Origin: an uncultured virus (IMG/VR IMGVR_UViG_3300042337_000191)
Taxonomy: Duplodnaviria > Heunggongvirae > Uroviricota > Caudoviricetes
DNA: 64,000 bases
Virus record (IMG/VR): IMGVR_UViG_3300042337_000191
Direction: 5' to 3' (one strand)
Shown here: positions 9,462 to 20,197 of the stretch, in pieces
How the letters are laid out: the number at the start of each line of letters is the position of its first letter
Position numbering within the stretch: position 1 is the first letter of the stretch
The notes under the pieces: model-generated
What the model was told of the DNA's origin: nothing
The model's input: only the letters and a program-made list of their open reading frames with translations
Databases searched by the model: none
Made by a program: the position numbers and the translations under genes

Positions 9462-12400
9462 TAGACTACCGTTCTAGTATACTTAACTGTTGTTGCTGAT
9501 AATGCTGGTGTAAACTGTAGTATAATATGTGTAGAATTTTGAGTCGCTGAAAATACACCAACGTTACTATTTGAAGTGATAGATGCATACTCAGTAATCT
9601 GAGAAGCTGAACCATCGTGCATAACGAGAACTTTAGACACATATTTATTATTAGCAACATTATCTGAAACGCTGATGAGATATTCTGAACCTAGATATGA
9701 ACCAATCAAGAAGCTGTCGATATTCTGAGCAGTTGTTCCAGAAGTTGTAACAGATCCGTTTGAGACATTTACTAGAGATTGAATATATGTAGAGTTAGCA
9801 AACACACCAGATGAGTTAGAAATAATACCAGTGTTAGCTAATACGGCTAGAGATCTTGTTGAAGATATATCTCCACCACCACTCAGACCATTTCCTGCTG
9901 TAATAGAAACTGCAGTATGATCAATATGTCTATTAACTGCATAGTTGCTAAGGCTATTATGGTCAATCTTAGTTTGATCGATCCATAGACCAGTTGTATT
10001 AGAAATTAACTGATTGTTGCCAGCAAGAACATTAATGCCAGAAGATGTGACTGAAATACCGTTGGCGGCTGCTGCAGCGATAGCATCAGCAGAAACTGAA
10101 ATACCATTACCTTGGCCAATATCGAATGTTCTAGAGGCTGCTATAGTTCCGCCGCCAGTAAGACCATTACCAGCAGTTAATGTTACTGTGGTGTGATCAA
10201 TATGTTCGTTACCAACGAAGTTTGCTAGCGAATCGTGGTTTATTGTTCCCTGAGTTGCAGTTAGAACAGTACCATATAGGCTGTTAGCAGTTATTGTAGA
10301 ACTTACAGTTGAATTTGCTGTAATATTAACAACAGTAGAATTTGCTACGAAAGCGCCACCAGTTCCATAAGGAACGAGATATGCTTGAAGAGTTCCTGTT
10401 CCTGAATTTGCAGAAGTGTCAACTGTTGTAGCTGTATTTGGGTTGGTGTTAGAAACAAACAACCAGAAATAAGGATTGCTGTTTGAAGACTTAGCAGCTT
10501 GACGAACTAAACCTGAATACCAAATTTTGCTAGTATTACCAGCTGGTGAATACCAGCCAATATCAACAGTATCAGTTGTTATATTATTATCAGCTAGTTC
10601 AATGATATTGTCATTTACCATTAATGTGGCAGTATTAACAGATACGACTGTTCCGCCAACAACTAGGTTACCACTAAATGTAGCATTTCTAAGACTGATA
10701 TCAGCGCCAGAACCGCTTAGAGTGGTACCAATACCCAATACAACATTAGAGTTAAGAGTTGTTGTTGTAGCAGTAACTGTTAAATTAGAACTGATACTTG
10801 TATTGGTTCCGGATATTACTAGATTAGCACCAGTGTGACTGATGTTAGAAGCAATAGTAAAATTAGCGCCATTTACAATAAGATTAGATGAAACTACAGT
10901 ATTAGGCGAAGCAATAAGAGTATTACCGCCAGCAACATTCAAACTAGCACCAAACAGACCCCATCTATTTGTTGCATTACCTAGATTATAACCGTTACCC
11001 TGAGGAATGATATTTCCTGCAGCATTACCAGTATAACTCAAAGTACCGCTTACAGACAAATCGCCAGTAACTTCAAGCAAACCATCAACGATAGTTTTGT
11101 AAGTAGAATTACCAGATCCGAATATAGTGTTACCATTAATTACAGTGTCACCATCTACTCTTAGTTTTGTAACTGGTGATGAATTACCAATACCAATATT
11201 ACCATTGGCAATAATATAAGCTGCAGTTCCAAAAGTAGATGTATTTGTTTGAACATTTAGTGCATAAACATTTGCTAATGTAGAATTAGCAGTAAATCTT
11301 GTTGTAGAAAGAGTAGCAGCATTAACAGTTCCAGTAGCATAAACACCGGAAGTGTTTGCATTTGTATTACCAAGAGCATCTGTAACTGATAGTAAAGTGC
11401 TTGAAACTGAAGCATTTACTGAAGAATTACCTACAAACAATGAAGAACTATTTGCAATTACGTTAGCGCCAACAGAAACAGCAATAGTGTTTACTGTAGA
11501 AATACCAGCATTCAAACCTATAGGAGATATATTGGCTGTAGCTGAACTATTTGCTATCTTCAACAAAGAAGAATTGGCCACAGCATTTACTGTTGAATTG
11601 CCAACAGTAAACCCACTAGTGGTTACTGAGACGTTTGCGCCAGCATTGAAGAATCCGTTGGATATTGCTGATAGACCTATAGTCAAGCTTGATGAGTTTA
11701 AGTTAGCTGATCCTGAAGAATTAGCTAATTGCAATAATGTTGAAGTAAGAACAGAGTTTGTGCTTGAATTGCCTACATAAACCGCAGTAGTATTAGCAAT
11801 TACGTTAGCTCCGGCTGCAATAACAGTAGAGTTAACCACTGAAGTGCCAATTCTAAGGTCTATAGGAGTTAGATTGGAAGTTCCTGTTGAATTGGCTACC
11901 TGAATTAAAGTAGAATTACTGATAGAATTGACAGTAGAATTACCAACAAAATATGTTGAAGAATTTACAACAACATTAGCGCCAACAGTAATATTAGTAT
12001 TTGATAGAGTAGAAATACCAATAGCTATTGATGTTGGAGTTAAATTAGCAATACCACTAGAATTGGAAACTTGATGTAGAGTTGAATTTGATACGCTATT
12101 TACACTAGAATTACCTACGAAAAATGTAGTAGTGTTTACTGTGACATTAGCACCAACAGTAACATTAGTGTTTGATACAGTAGAAACTCCAATAGCAAGA
12201 CTTGTTGGAATTAAATTAGCTGTGCCTGAAGAATTTGCTACTTGAATTAAAGTGGAATTACTAATAGAATTTACTGAAGAATTACCAACAAAATATGTTG
12301 TAGCATTAACAATTACGTTTGCTCCAACCAATACTGAAGTATTGTTGAGTTCTGAAATACCAATTTTAATTGATGTAGGATTTAAGTTTGCTATTCCGGA

Positions 12401-13711
12401 ACTATTAGCAATTTTTAGTAGAGAAGAATTTGCAACAGTGTTAACAGATGAATTACCAATAGTAACAACTGAAGTGTTAACAACTACATTAGATCCAACA
12501 GTAATAGCAGAAGTATTAGCTACTAATCCACCGGCGCCAGTTGTGATAATTGTGCTGTTAACAAGAGAAGTACCTATTGTAAGGTTTACTGGTGTTAGAT
12601 TTGCAGTCCCAGAAGAATTAGACATCTGAGTCATTGTAGAATTCACAGTAGCATTTACTGAAGAATTACCTACAAACAACGTTGAAGAATTTGCAATAAC
12701 GTTTGAACCAATTAATACTGAAGTATTATTAAGAACAGAGATACCTATAGAAACGGCTGTAGGAGTAAGATTAGCAATTCCTGTGCTGTTTGCAATCTTC
12801 AATAAAGAAGAATTTGCAACTGTATTTACAGTCGAATTACCAATGGTAGCAACTGAAGTGTTAACAACTACGTTTGAACCTACTGTTATAGCGGTAGTGT
12901 TTGCGACCAAACCGCCAGCGCCAGTTGTAATGATTGTGCTATTGACGATTGAAGTGCCAATCTTAAGATCAACAGGAGTTAGATTAGCTGTGCCAGAAGA
13001 ATTTGACATCTGAACCATTGTCGAGTTGACAGTGGAGTTAACAGATGAATTTCCGACCAATAAAGTCGAAGTGTTCGCATAAACGTTCGCACCAATAACA
13101 ATGGTGGAAGAATTTATTACGGGAGTCCCAGTAACTGTTGGGAACGACATCGATGTGCTGTTGACTACTACGTTTCCAATAGTTAAAGAATTGTATGTTA
13201 AATTGGAATTAACATTATTATTTGAAACTTTGAAATTAGCAGAAGTTAAAACAGTGTTAACAATGTCATTGCTCTGAATATAAATGGTAGCTTTATTTAA
13301 AACAAGATTACCATTGATATCGCCAACATATAAAGCTGAAGTGTTGATAGCAACATTATCATTAACTAAAACATTATTAGCTCTAATAGAAGATGGCGTT
13401 ATGTATGTATTACAAGTATTATTACCCAAGGTAAGGGCTGTAGTATTTGTTACGAAATAGTGATCTTCGCTGGCAGTATTAATTGTGGATACGTTAACAG
13501 TAATAACACTGTTAGTATAAACGTTAGCAGCTGTTAAACTATTTGCAGAAAATCTACCAGAAATTGCAGCATTACCAGCAGTTTGAGCAGAAGCCAAATT
13601 TGCTGTCGTTGTAATTACACAATTCGACATTAACGTTGCAAGTTCGTTTGTTCTGCCACGCCAATATTCGAATGTGTTATTTAATTCCGTATTTGCTACA
13701 TTAATTGTCAT
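9461..13711 (-). CDS. Long tail fibre-like protein with internal repeats (1416 aa)
   Basis: NTFEYWR..TN N-terminus, about ten ~60-aa repeats, C-terminal globular domain. Confidence 0.75.
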   Translation of the reverse strand: MTINVANTELNNTFEYWRGRTNELATLMSNCVITTTANLASAQTAGNAAISGRFSANSLTAANVYTNSVITVNVSTINTASEDHYFVTNTTALTLGNNTCNTYITPSSIRANNVLVNDNVAINTSALYVGDINGNLVLNKATIYIQSNDIVNTVLTSANFKVSNNNVNSNLTYNSLTIGNVVVNSTSMSFPTVTGTPVINSSTIVIGANVYANTSTLLVGNSSVNSTVNSTMVQMSNSSGTANLTPVDLKIGTSIVNSTIITTGAGGLVANTTAITVGSNVVVNTSVATIGNSTVNTVANSSLLKIANSTGIANLTPTAVSIGISVLNNTSVLIGSNVIANSSTLFVGNSSVNATVNSTMTQMSNSSGTANLTPVNLTIGTSLVNSTIITTGAGGLVANTSAITVGSNVVVNTSVVTIGNSSVNTVANSSLLKIANSSGIANLNPTSIKIGISELNNTSVLVGANVIVNATTYFVGNSSVNSISNSTLIQVANSSGTANLIPTSLAIGVSTVSNTNVTVGANVTVNTTTFFVGNSSVNSVSNSTLHQVSNSSGIANLTPTSIAIGISTLSNTNITVGANVVVNSSTYFVGNSTVNSISNSTLIQVANSTGTSNLTPIDLRIGTSVVNSTVIAAGANVIANTTAVYVGNSSTNSVLTSTLLQLANSSGSANLNSSSLTIGLSAISNGFFNAGANVSVTTSGFTVGNSTVNAVANSSLLKIANSSATANISPIGLNAGISTVNTIAVSVGANVIANSSSLFVGNSSVNASVSSTLLSVTDALGNTNANTSGVYATGTVNAATLSTTRFTANSTLANVYALNVQTNTSTFGTAAYIIANGNIGIGNSSPVTKLRVDGDTVINGNTIFGSGNSTYKTIVDGLLEVTGDLSVSGTLSYTGNAAGNIIPQGNGYNLGNATNRWGLFGASLNVAGGNTLIASPNTVVSSNLIVNGANFTIASNISHTGANLVISGTNTSISSNLTVTATTTTLNSNVVLGIGTTLSGSGADISLRNATFSGNLVVGGTVVSVNTATLMVNDNIIELADNNITTDTVDIGWYSPAGNTSKIWYSGLVRQAAKSSNSNPYFWLFVSNTNPNTATTVDTSANSGTGTLQAYLVPYGTGGAFVANSTVVNITANSTVSSTITANSLYGTVLTATQGTINHDSLANFVGNEHIDHTTVTLTAGNGLTGGGTIAASRTFDIGQGNGISVSADAIAAAAANGISVTSSGINVLAGNNQLISNTTGLWIDQTKIDHNSLSNYAVNRHIDHTAVSITAGNGLSGGGDISSTRSLAVLANTGIISNSSGVFANSTYIQSLVNVSNGSVTTSGTTAQNIDSFLIGSYLGSEYLISVSDNVANNKYVSKVLVMHDGSASQITEYASITSNSNVGVFSATQNSTHIILQFTPALSATTVKYTRTVV
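11400..13100 (-). repeat. About 10 imperfect ~60-aa coding repeats (GxNV..N.S..[VI]GNS[ST]VN...ANSSG.ANL.P)
   Basis: Ten [VI]GNS[ST] anchors counted in the translation; boundaries approximate. Confidence 0.75.
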
Positions 13712-13712
13712 T

Positions 13713-13940
13713 CTAGATCTTCTCTGCTATAGCTTTTAGAACGTTTTTAATTTCAGAAATGTCATCATCAATTCTTTTTATTTTTTCTTTGAAAGATTCG
13801 AATTCTTTCTCTTTTTCTCTTCTTATTTTATAAGCCAACAGGCCAGCGTTATTTTTATTTAATAACGCCCCTGTTGACAAATCTCTGTATAGACCTTCTT
13901 TTTCTGTTTTTTGTTCCATCATATTATCTCTGTAGTGCAA
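13713..13940 (-). CDS. Small conserved hypothetical protein
   Basis: EGLYRDLSTGALLN motif followed by a coiled coil; true start probably at 13919 or 13922. Confidence 0.6.
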   Translation of the reverse strand: MHYRDNMMEQKTEKEGLYRDLSTGALLNKNNAGLLAYKIRREKEKEFESFKEKIKRIDDDISEIKNVLKAIAEKI

Positions 13941-16900
13941 TAACTCTTAGGTCACCAACTTTAGGAACTAGAGCTGAACTTATACCGTCAGCATTACCAT
14001 ACAATCCAATCTTAATTTGGAACTGTTTGAATCCCTTGAAAGTGTTTCCTTCAGATGTATATTGCAATATACCATTACCATCATAATTATCAGGATTTAC
14101 AGAATAATCAAATTCTAAGAAATCTCTATTGTTTACGCTTGAACTATAAATCGAGTCAAAATAAACCATTGGTGTCCATTTTTTATTACTTAAACCTTGA
14201 TAATCCTCTGCATTAGCAACTTTAAACCAAACTTTGACGTCAGTTCCAACAGGTCTATATGCAGTTATTTTTACTATCAAATCTTCTGCATCTTGGCCTT
14301 CTGCCAAAGTAATGACTTTACTAATATATCTATTTATTAGACTTCCGCCAGAGATTTGATCTTCGGATCTAGAAACACTAATAACATTGGCAGATATGCC
14401 TTTACTTGTTGTTCCTGTAGATTCATACACAGTAATAATTTCAGCGTTTGCATATCCATTTACGTCAGTAATAACAGTATTACCTATTATAGAAGTAACA
14501 TATCCATTTACTGTTCCGACGATTTTATCGCCTATGATTATAGTATTAGCTCCCTGATCAATATTATCCAATATCAATACATCCGGGTCGTCTGCATTAA
14601 TCAAATTATGAACATAAACGCTATTACCTCTTGACAAGTCAATAACAGGTGAAACATATACACTAGAAGTAGTTAATGTTGCTCTGGCCTGTGAACTTGG
14701 ATTACTAGAGTTCAACGATATCTCATTTACTCTAGAAAGTATTTTATTTTCTTCGTAAAAATCTGAAGAAACATCTGGTATTCCAGGATAATAATTACCA
14801 TATGCGTTTGTATCAGATCTCCAGCCTCTCTTTTCGAAACCACAAGAAGTGTTTCTAAATGTTAGATAATGAGGCTTCAAACAAGTGGTTGAATATGGGT
14901 AATAAGTGAATGAATCAATTACACCAACGTTAGCACTTCTAACACCTTTTACTACACCGTTCGCTAGATACAATCCGTTTGAATCTTCAATAATAAAAAT
15001 ATTATTTGCGCTATCGTATGATTTTAGTTTTCCTGAACCACTATAAACACCATTTACTGTAGCTGAAATATTCTTAAGAGTTCCTGATGAATTCTTAACA
15101 GTAACAGTTTCAGTGTTAGAGAAACCAATTCCTGTGGTAGAATACAATGAACCAGCGCCTACTGCAGTAACATTTCCAACAGCGCCTGAGCTTGAACCTG
15201 TTAAAATATCACCTATTACAATAGTGTTTCCTGTTGAAACTATGCTTGTCAATGCTAGTTTAGCAGAGCCAACAATTTCTTCACCATAATTAGTGAAAGC
15301 TCCAGCACCTGATTTTAGCTTAATATATTCAACAGGAATGTTACCAAGCATAGCAGTTCCGGAACCGACAGCAAAGTTTGCTCTATTGAAAGTACAAGTC
15401 AAATCAACGTCAGGAACCATATCATAATTAGTATTGTTATTAGTGGTATACAAAGTTCCTGTCAATCTTCTACTAGTAATTTGACTATTAGTAAGAACGT
15501 CAGTTTCGCCAAGTCTTGAAACCCAGAAATATGTATCAGGGTTCAAACCTTCAGTGTGAATAACAAATGCGTAAGAAGTGTTATTCATTAGGTAAACAGG
15601 TGCAGGGAAGTTTACCTTTGTGGCTTGGAAATTAGTTGTTCCAACAGGATTCAACTTGATTCTAGGATCAGTTCTCTTCATCCAAACTTCAGAATAAGGA
15701 ACCTGATTCTTGGTAACACCACCGGCATTCATTTCTCTAATTTCAAACCAAACACCAAGAGTTGGGTGCATTGATTCGATGAAAATGTCTACAGAAGTTA
15801 GGAAAATACCATCTTCTGTTGGTGGAACATCAACTTTAAACGAATATGCCATACATGAACAAGCCCAAATTTCTAGAGTTTGTCCCTTTCCTGGAATAAA
15901 TCTTTCTTCTGGGGTTGAGTTAGTTTCAATAGTAGGAACAACAGTAGAAACAATAGTGTTTTGTTTCTGAGCGTTGATTCCTAAAGAAGTCCAATAACCT
16001 CTGGCGTGTGAAGTTGCATCAACAGCATTAGTTGGCGAGTCAGTTACAATAACTTCCTTAGTGCCAACTTTAAAGCGTTTACCAGTTGTTGGTAATCTCA
16101 AATCGAATACAAGATCACCGCCGTCATTAGTAATTAGCTCAGCACCCTCTGTTTTATAGCTATCTGGTTTAGCGCCAAAAAGATTAGATGCTACCCACTG
16201 AGAACAATAGCTGGTCATATTTTCTGAATCAAAGTAGACCCAGTATCTAGTTCTGGCCTTTAGACCCTGAACTATTATGGTTATAGTCTGTGGTCTGATA
16301 TATGTTGCTAAGGTAACATCAGTTACGAAAGAACCTAGAGTTTGTGTTTCAGTTCCCCAATCAAGAGATTTTTCTACTTTACTTCTGCGTTCTGTAGTGC
16401 CCGGATCTGTTCCTTCAATAGCAAAGGAACGCATGAAATTATCAGGTGTATTACTACCTAAATTACCACTGCCCATTTGAACGGCTATATCTGGGTTTGT
16501 TGACCATCCAAAATAACCGGTAACTAATTGACCATTAGCCAAATAGTAAGGAGTTCTTGGGTTATAACCACCACCTGCATTATATGCATAATAATTAGCA
16601 GGAAGAGTATTTGTTTTAACTGGTTTAGCAAAATCCAAAGCTTCTTTATAACTAGAGAAAGAACCTTCTAATGATTTGCCACCATTCCAGCTATTACCAT
16701 AACCTCCTTCATTTGTTGAATAAACGTTATAGACTGGTTTACCTACGCCATACTTTTCCCATGAAGTCCATTCTGTGCTTAACAAGATAGGATTTGGCAA
16801 ATCATCACCATAGGTGATTTTTTTATCAACTGTTTTTTGGTCGTGCCAGATATCAGTTTCTGGACGGAAGGTCATTCTTCCTACGAATCTGTAAACACTG

Positions 16901-19900
16901 TATTCAATGTTTCTTCTAGTTGAAATATTTTTTTGGCTTAGTAACACTGTTTCAGTGTAAGGTCTAGTTACAAGAGAACCAGTTAACTGAACTCCAGAAG
17001 AACCTGTGGACTGATATTGATACTTTACTGAATCAGCTTCGTGAAAAGGTCTAATACAGTTTTCTTTAGGATCAATGGAGCATCGATAATCGTCATTTCT
17101 GGTATCACCCAAAGAGTGATCTACGAAACCGTCAACAAAGAATCCATTTTTAAATCTATCCAGACCAGTAGCAGCATCTGTAATATTTAAATCTGTTGCT
17201 GTTTTTTCTAGAAGAGTCAAAGCATTATAATAATCTAGATTATCAACTCTATTTTTGATAGTGCCAATATCCTTCATAGTATATCTTCTATTTGCAATAT
17301 TTTTGGCAGTACAACCATATGTTTGGTTACCAAGTTGTCTTGCATAAGTTTCAGACAAAGAAGGATATGGTTTGATGAGAGCTTTGACCAAAGGCATAAC
17401 ATTATCAGGCGCAATAGGGCTGATAGGATTTATGTCTGGTTTGCCTTTATATAAAATGAAATTACCGTTGGTGTCTACAGCAATCAAATCTCTTCTAGCA
17501 AGGTAATATGAATAGTCAATATACATATTACTTCCAGGAATAGAAGTTCTTAAACCTCCTGTGGGAACATACATAGAAGTAGTTGTTGCTGGATTTACTG
17601 TCGCTGCAGAAATATTACCAGTCGAAGTAGCTTGAGTGCTAGCAGCTGTTGCAGTTTTGTATGGTCTAAAGTCCATAGCATTTCTTAGTTCAAACATTTC
17701 ACCGTATGATGTAGCATACACTGGTATCTGATAGGTGAAAATAGTGCTTTCAGAAACTGTCGTATCATCAACTGGGTATGAATCAACAGAAAAATAGCCA
17801 GCGCCGCCAGTATAATCTGCCTCAAAATGATCTAATTGCACCAATAGATATTTGTTTTTAATATCAATACCGCCTTTGAATATCAAAGAAGCGTGATCAT
17901 AAAAACAATCTCTTTGACCATCATCTAGAGCGAAATATGATGTTACATCATCACCATCAGTGTTATTAACAAATGCACCAGTCTTAATTCTTACAGATCT
18001 TACTCTATAAACGTCTGGCAAACCTAAGTTATATGGACCAACAGTATTAGCAACGTTAGTTGCTGTATTGATCATCACATAACGTCTAGGACTCAATATT
18101 TTTTTGACTTCCTGAGCACCACTTCTAGTAATATTATAAGTGATTGAACAAGAAACTGAACCTGTTGTGTTTGAAGTGTCTTCCTTCAAATCAACAGTCA
18201 TGACACCAGAAGATGATAAACTAACATTTCTGGTTACACCTGAACTGCCCTTTATAGTCAAATCAACTATATCACCAGCCATGTATGATCTATAAATCAC
18301 GTTAGAAACTGGGCTACTAGAAAGAGTACCTACAATACTCATAGATGTATCGCTGTATACTGTGTTTACAAAATAGTAGCTACCGTTTACTTTGATTCTA
18401 TCACCAGCGTTCAATCTAGAGAAATATGTAGAAGTTCCAGTAAGATTGCCCTGACCAGAAGTTCCAGATACTACACCAGATGGCGAGAATAAATGAATAT
18501 CTTTATTAGCATTAACAGTAAGAAGAATAGTTCTTTTTTCTGTTGAAGAAAGAGAACCAGTAGAATACGACAATTCTTCCTGATCTGAACCACTCAAAGA
18601 TAAGGTTAAGATACCACCAGTAGCAAAGTTTGTGGTTTTTGTTTCTGTTCTACTGAAATTGAAAATTGTATCAGAAATACCATTATTACCTCTGAGAGAT
18701 CTAGTATAATTGGTATTAACTTTATAAAGCAAAGTGTTAAGATTATAATCGTTGAATATTGGAGTACTATTTGAATTTAATTGAATGTCAGCAAAAAATG
18801 TAGAGCTGATACCTACTGATCTAACATTTGCAATGTTACCGTTAGTAAGCTGAGTATCATATAGATATAATCTATATGAACCGTTAGCTGAACCCTGAGA
18901 TCCTGAATCGTAAGCAAAATACTTAACTCTAGCAGTACCGATCAAAGCGCCAGTATTTGCTGTTGATAATGTTGTTTTATTTGTAATTCTCTGTTCAGCA
19001 GTATTATAAAGATTTACTAAAGTACCAGTATCTAAAGATAGGGTCCCTATAGCTTCTTTGACTAGATAATAACCACTTGTTCTTGCATTAATAGTTTCAC
19101 CGTTTTCAGATTCGTATTCTATGCCCTTATCAGTAATAATGTGCTGTGTGACAAGTTTATTAACTTCATAACCTTTTACGTAAGCAACACCTGGATCAAT
19201 ATCGATAGTTAGTTTTTGTGAATCGCCACCCTCTGCTAATGAGAATAGTCCTTCATTAGAGTTTACGTTTAAATGCTCTCTTACTCTGGCATTAAACCCA
19301 GAAACGTAATAATCGCCTGATTCATCATAAGTTCTTTTTGCGAATTCGTCATAAATTCTTGCGTATTCAGTTCTTTCTTTAGACTGTTCGATAATGCCAT
19401 TTTTAATAACAACAAGAATCGAAAAATCAGGATCAGTAATCTCAGCATCATAATCAACAACAGTAAGAGTAGGATCTACTGCAAATCTATGAGCTCCTGG
19501 AGCGTTTTCATTAGGAGATCCTAGAGCGTTATCCAATAAAGATGGATCTTGTAAATCTGTTATGATTGATTCTACAACTTTAAAACCTGCAATCACAGAA
19601 GGAGTTGTGGTATAAAACGAAAGCGCCACAGTTTGCGCAGGAAAGGCTGCAAAAAAGCCTTTTGAGAACATTACGCCTTGCGAAATGCTAAAGATAGTTC
19701 CTACTGAGTTGCAATCTTCTTCTACAGTTTTAAAGAAATTATTAGGATTGCTGTTGTCAGTGACAATTTCGTCCGTTAGAAAGAAATTAGTATCTGTGCC
19801 TGATTTTGTATATCTAACGAAAAATACATAAACGTTATTATCGAAATCATAGTCTACGTGTTTTACGTAAGCTTCGACACCGGAAACAGATCCAGTAACA

Positions 19901-20184
19901 ATTTTACCAACAAAATATGATGATTCTAGATCTTGGGTTAATGAAACTACCTTTACGGTATCAATGTAATGTTCATAATCAAAAGAACCATCTAATACTA
20001 TAGAGCCGTTTTTAAATATATGTTGACCAAATCTATCAATTTGTTTCTGCAGAATAGTCTGCATTTGATTGAGTTCACGTGCCTGGATAGCTGTAGAAGG
20101 TCTGAATAGGACTTTATAATAATTTTTAGCTTCATCATAATCGTCAAAATAAGGGTTGACGTTAAAATTAGTGTTTATTGGCAT
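13924..20184 (-). CDS. VrlC-like / DUF4815-type large baseplate-associated protein (2086 aa)
   Basis: N-terminus NFNVNPYFDDYD..KNYYKVLFRP...QARELNQMQ; RTYDESGDY; DRFKNGFFVD; C-terminal DLRVIAL. Confidence 0.8.
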   Translation of the reverse strand: MPINTNFNVNPYFDDYDEAKNYYKVLFRPSTAIQARELNQMQTILQKQIDRFGQHIFKNGSIVLDGSFDYEHYIDTVKVVSLTQDLESSYFVGKIVTGSVSGVEAYVKHVDYDFDNNVYVFFVRYTKSGTDTNFFLTDEIVTDNSNPNNFFKTVEEDCNSVGTIFSISQGVMFSKGFFAAFPAQTVALSFYTTTPSVIAGFKVVESIITDLQDPSLLDNALGSPNENAPGAHRFAVDPTLTVVDYDAEITDPDFSILVVIKNGIIEQSKERTEYARIYDEFAKRTYDESGDYYVSGFNARVREHLNVNSNEGLFSLAEGGDSQKLTIDIDPGVAYVKGYEVNKLVTQHIITDKGIEYESENGETINARTSGYYLVKEAIGTLSLDTGTLVNLYNTAEQRITNKTTLSTANTGALIGTARVKYFAYDSGSQGSANGSYRLYLYDTQLTNGNIANVRSVGISSTFFADIQLNSNSTPIFNDYNLNTLLYKVNTNYTRSLRGNNGISDTIFNFSRTETKTTNFATGGILTLSLSGSDQEELSYSTGSLSSTEKRTILLTVNANKDIHLFSPSGVVSGTSGQGNLTGTSTYFSRLNAGDRIKVNGSYYFVNTVYSDTSMSIVGTLSSSPVSNVIYRSYMAGDIVDLTIKGSSGVTRNVSLSSSGVMTVDLKEDTSNTTGSVSCSITYNITRSGAQEVKKILSPRRYVMINTATNVANTVGPYNLGLPDVYRVRSVRIKTGAFVNNTDGDDVTSYFALDDGQRDCFYDHASLIFKGGIDIKNKYLLVQLDHFEADYTGGAGYFSVDSYPVDDTTVSESTIFTYQIPVYATSYGEMFELRNAMDFRPYKTATAASTQATSTGNISAATVNPATTTSMYVPTGGLRTSIPGSNMYIDYSYYLARRDLIAVDTNGNFILYKGKPDINPISPIAPDNVMPLVKALIKPYPSLSETYARQLGNQTYGCTAKNIANRRYTMKDIGTIKNRVDNLDYYNALTLLEKTATDLNITDAATGLDRFKNGFFVDGFVDHSLGDTRNDDYRCSIDPKENCIRPFHEADSVKYQYQSTGSSGVQLTGSLVTRPYTETVLLSQKNISTRRNIEYSVYRFVGRMTFRPETDIWHDQKTVDKKITYGDDLPNPILLSTEWTSWEKYGVGKPVYNVYSTNEGGYGNSWNGGKSLEGSFSSYKEALDFAKPVKTNTLPANYYAYNAGGGYNPRTPYYLANGQLVTGYFGWSTNPDIAVQMGSGNLGSNTPDNFMRSFAIEGTDPGTTERRSKVEKSLDWGTETQTLGSFVTDVTLATYIRPQTITIIVQGLKARTRYWVYFDSENMTSYCSQWVASNLFGAKPDSYKTEGAELITNDGGDLVFDLRLPTTGKRFKVGTKEVIVTDSPTNAVDATSHARGYWTSLGINAQKQNTIVSTVVPTIETNSTPEERFIPGKGQTLEIWACSCMAYSFKVDVPPTEDGIFLTSVDIFIESMHPTLGVWFEIREMNAGGVTKNQVPYSEVWMKRTDPRIKLNPVGTTNFQATKVNFPAPVYLMNNTSYAFVIHTEGLNPDTYFWVSRLGETDVLTNSQITSRRLTGTLYTTNNNTNYDMVPDVDLTCTFNRANFAVGSGTAMLGNIPVEYIKLKSGAGAFTNYGEEIVGSAKLALTSIVSTGNTIVIGDILTGSSSGAVGNVTAVGAGSLYSTTGIGFSNTETVTVKNSSGTLKNISATVNGVYSGSGKLKSYDSANNIFIIEDSNGLYLANGVVKGVRSANVGVIDSFTYYPYSTTCLKPHYLTFRNTSCGFEKRGWRSDTNAYGNYYPGIPDVSSDFYEENKILSRVNEISLNSSNPSSQARATLTTSSVYVSPVIDLSRGNSVYVHNLINADDPDVLILDNIDQGANTIIIGDKIVGTVNGYVTSIIGNTVITDVNGYANAEIITVYESTGTTSKGISANVISVSRSEDQISGGSLINRYISKVITLAEGQDAEDLIVKITAYRPVGTDVKVWFKVANAEDYQGLSNKKWTPMVYFDSIYSSSVNNRDFLEFDYSVNPDNYDGNGILQYTSEGNTFKGFKQFQIKIGLYGNADGISSALVPKVGDLRVIALQR

Positions 20185-20197
20185 TTTCTAATCCTGT

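Noticed and set aside
1..13711. Diversity-generating retroelement acting on the fibres
   Set aside because: No reverse transcriptase in the window and no template/variable repeat pair differing only at adenines was seen.
7031..16480. Many + strand ORFs opposite the fibre genes
   Set aside because: In-register antisense shadows caused by repetitive codon use; no RBS or recognisable motifs.
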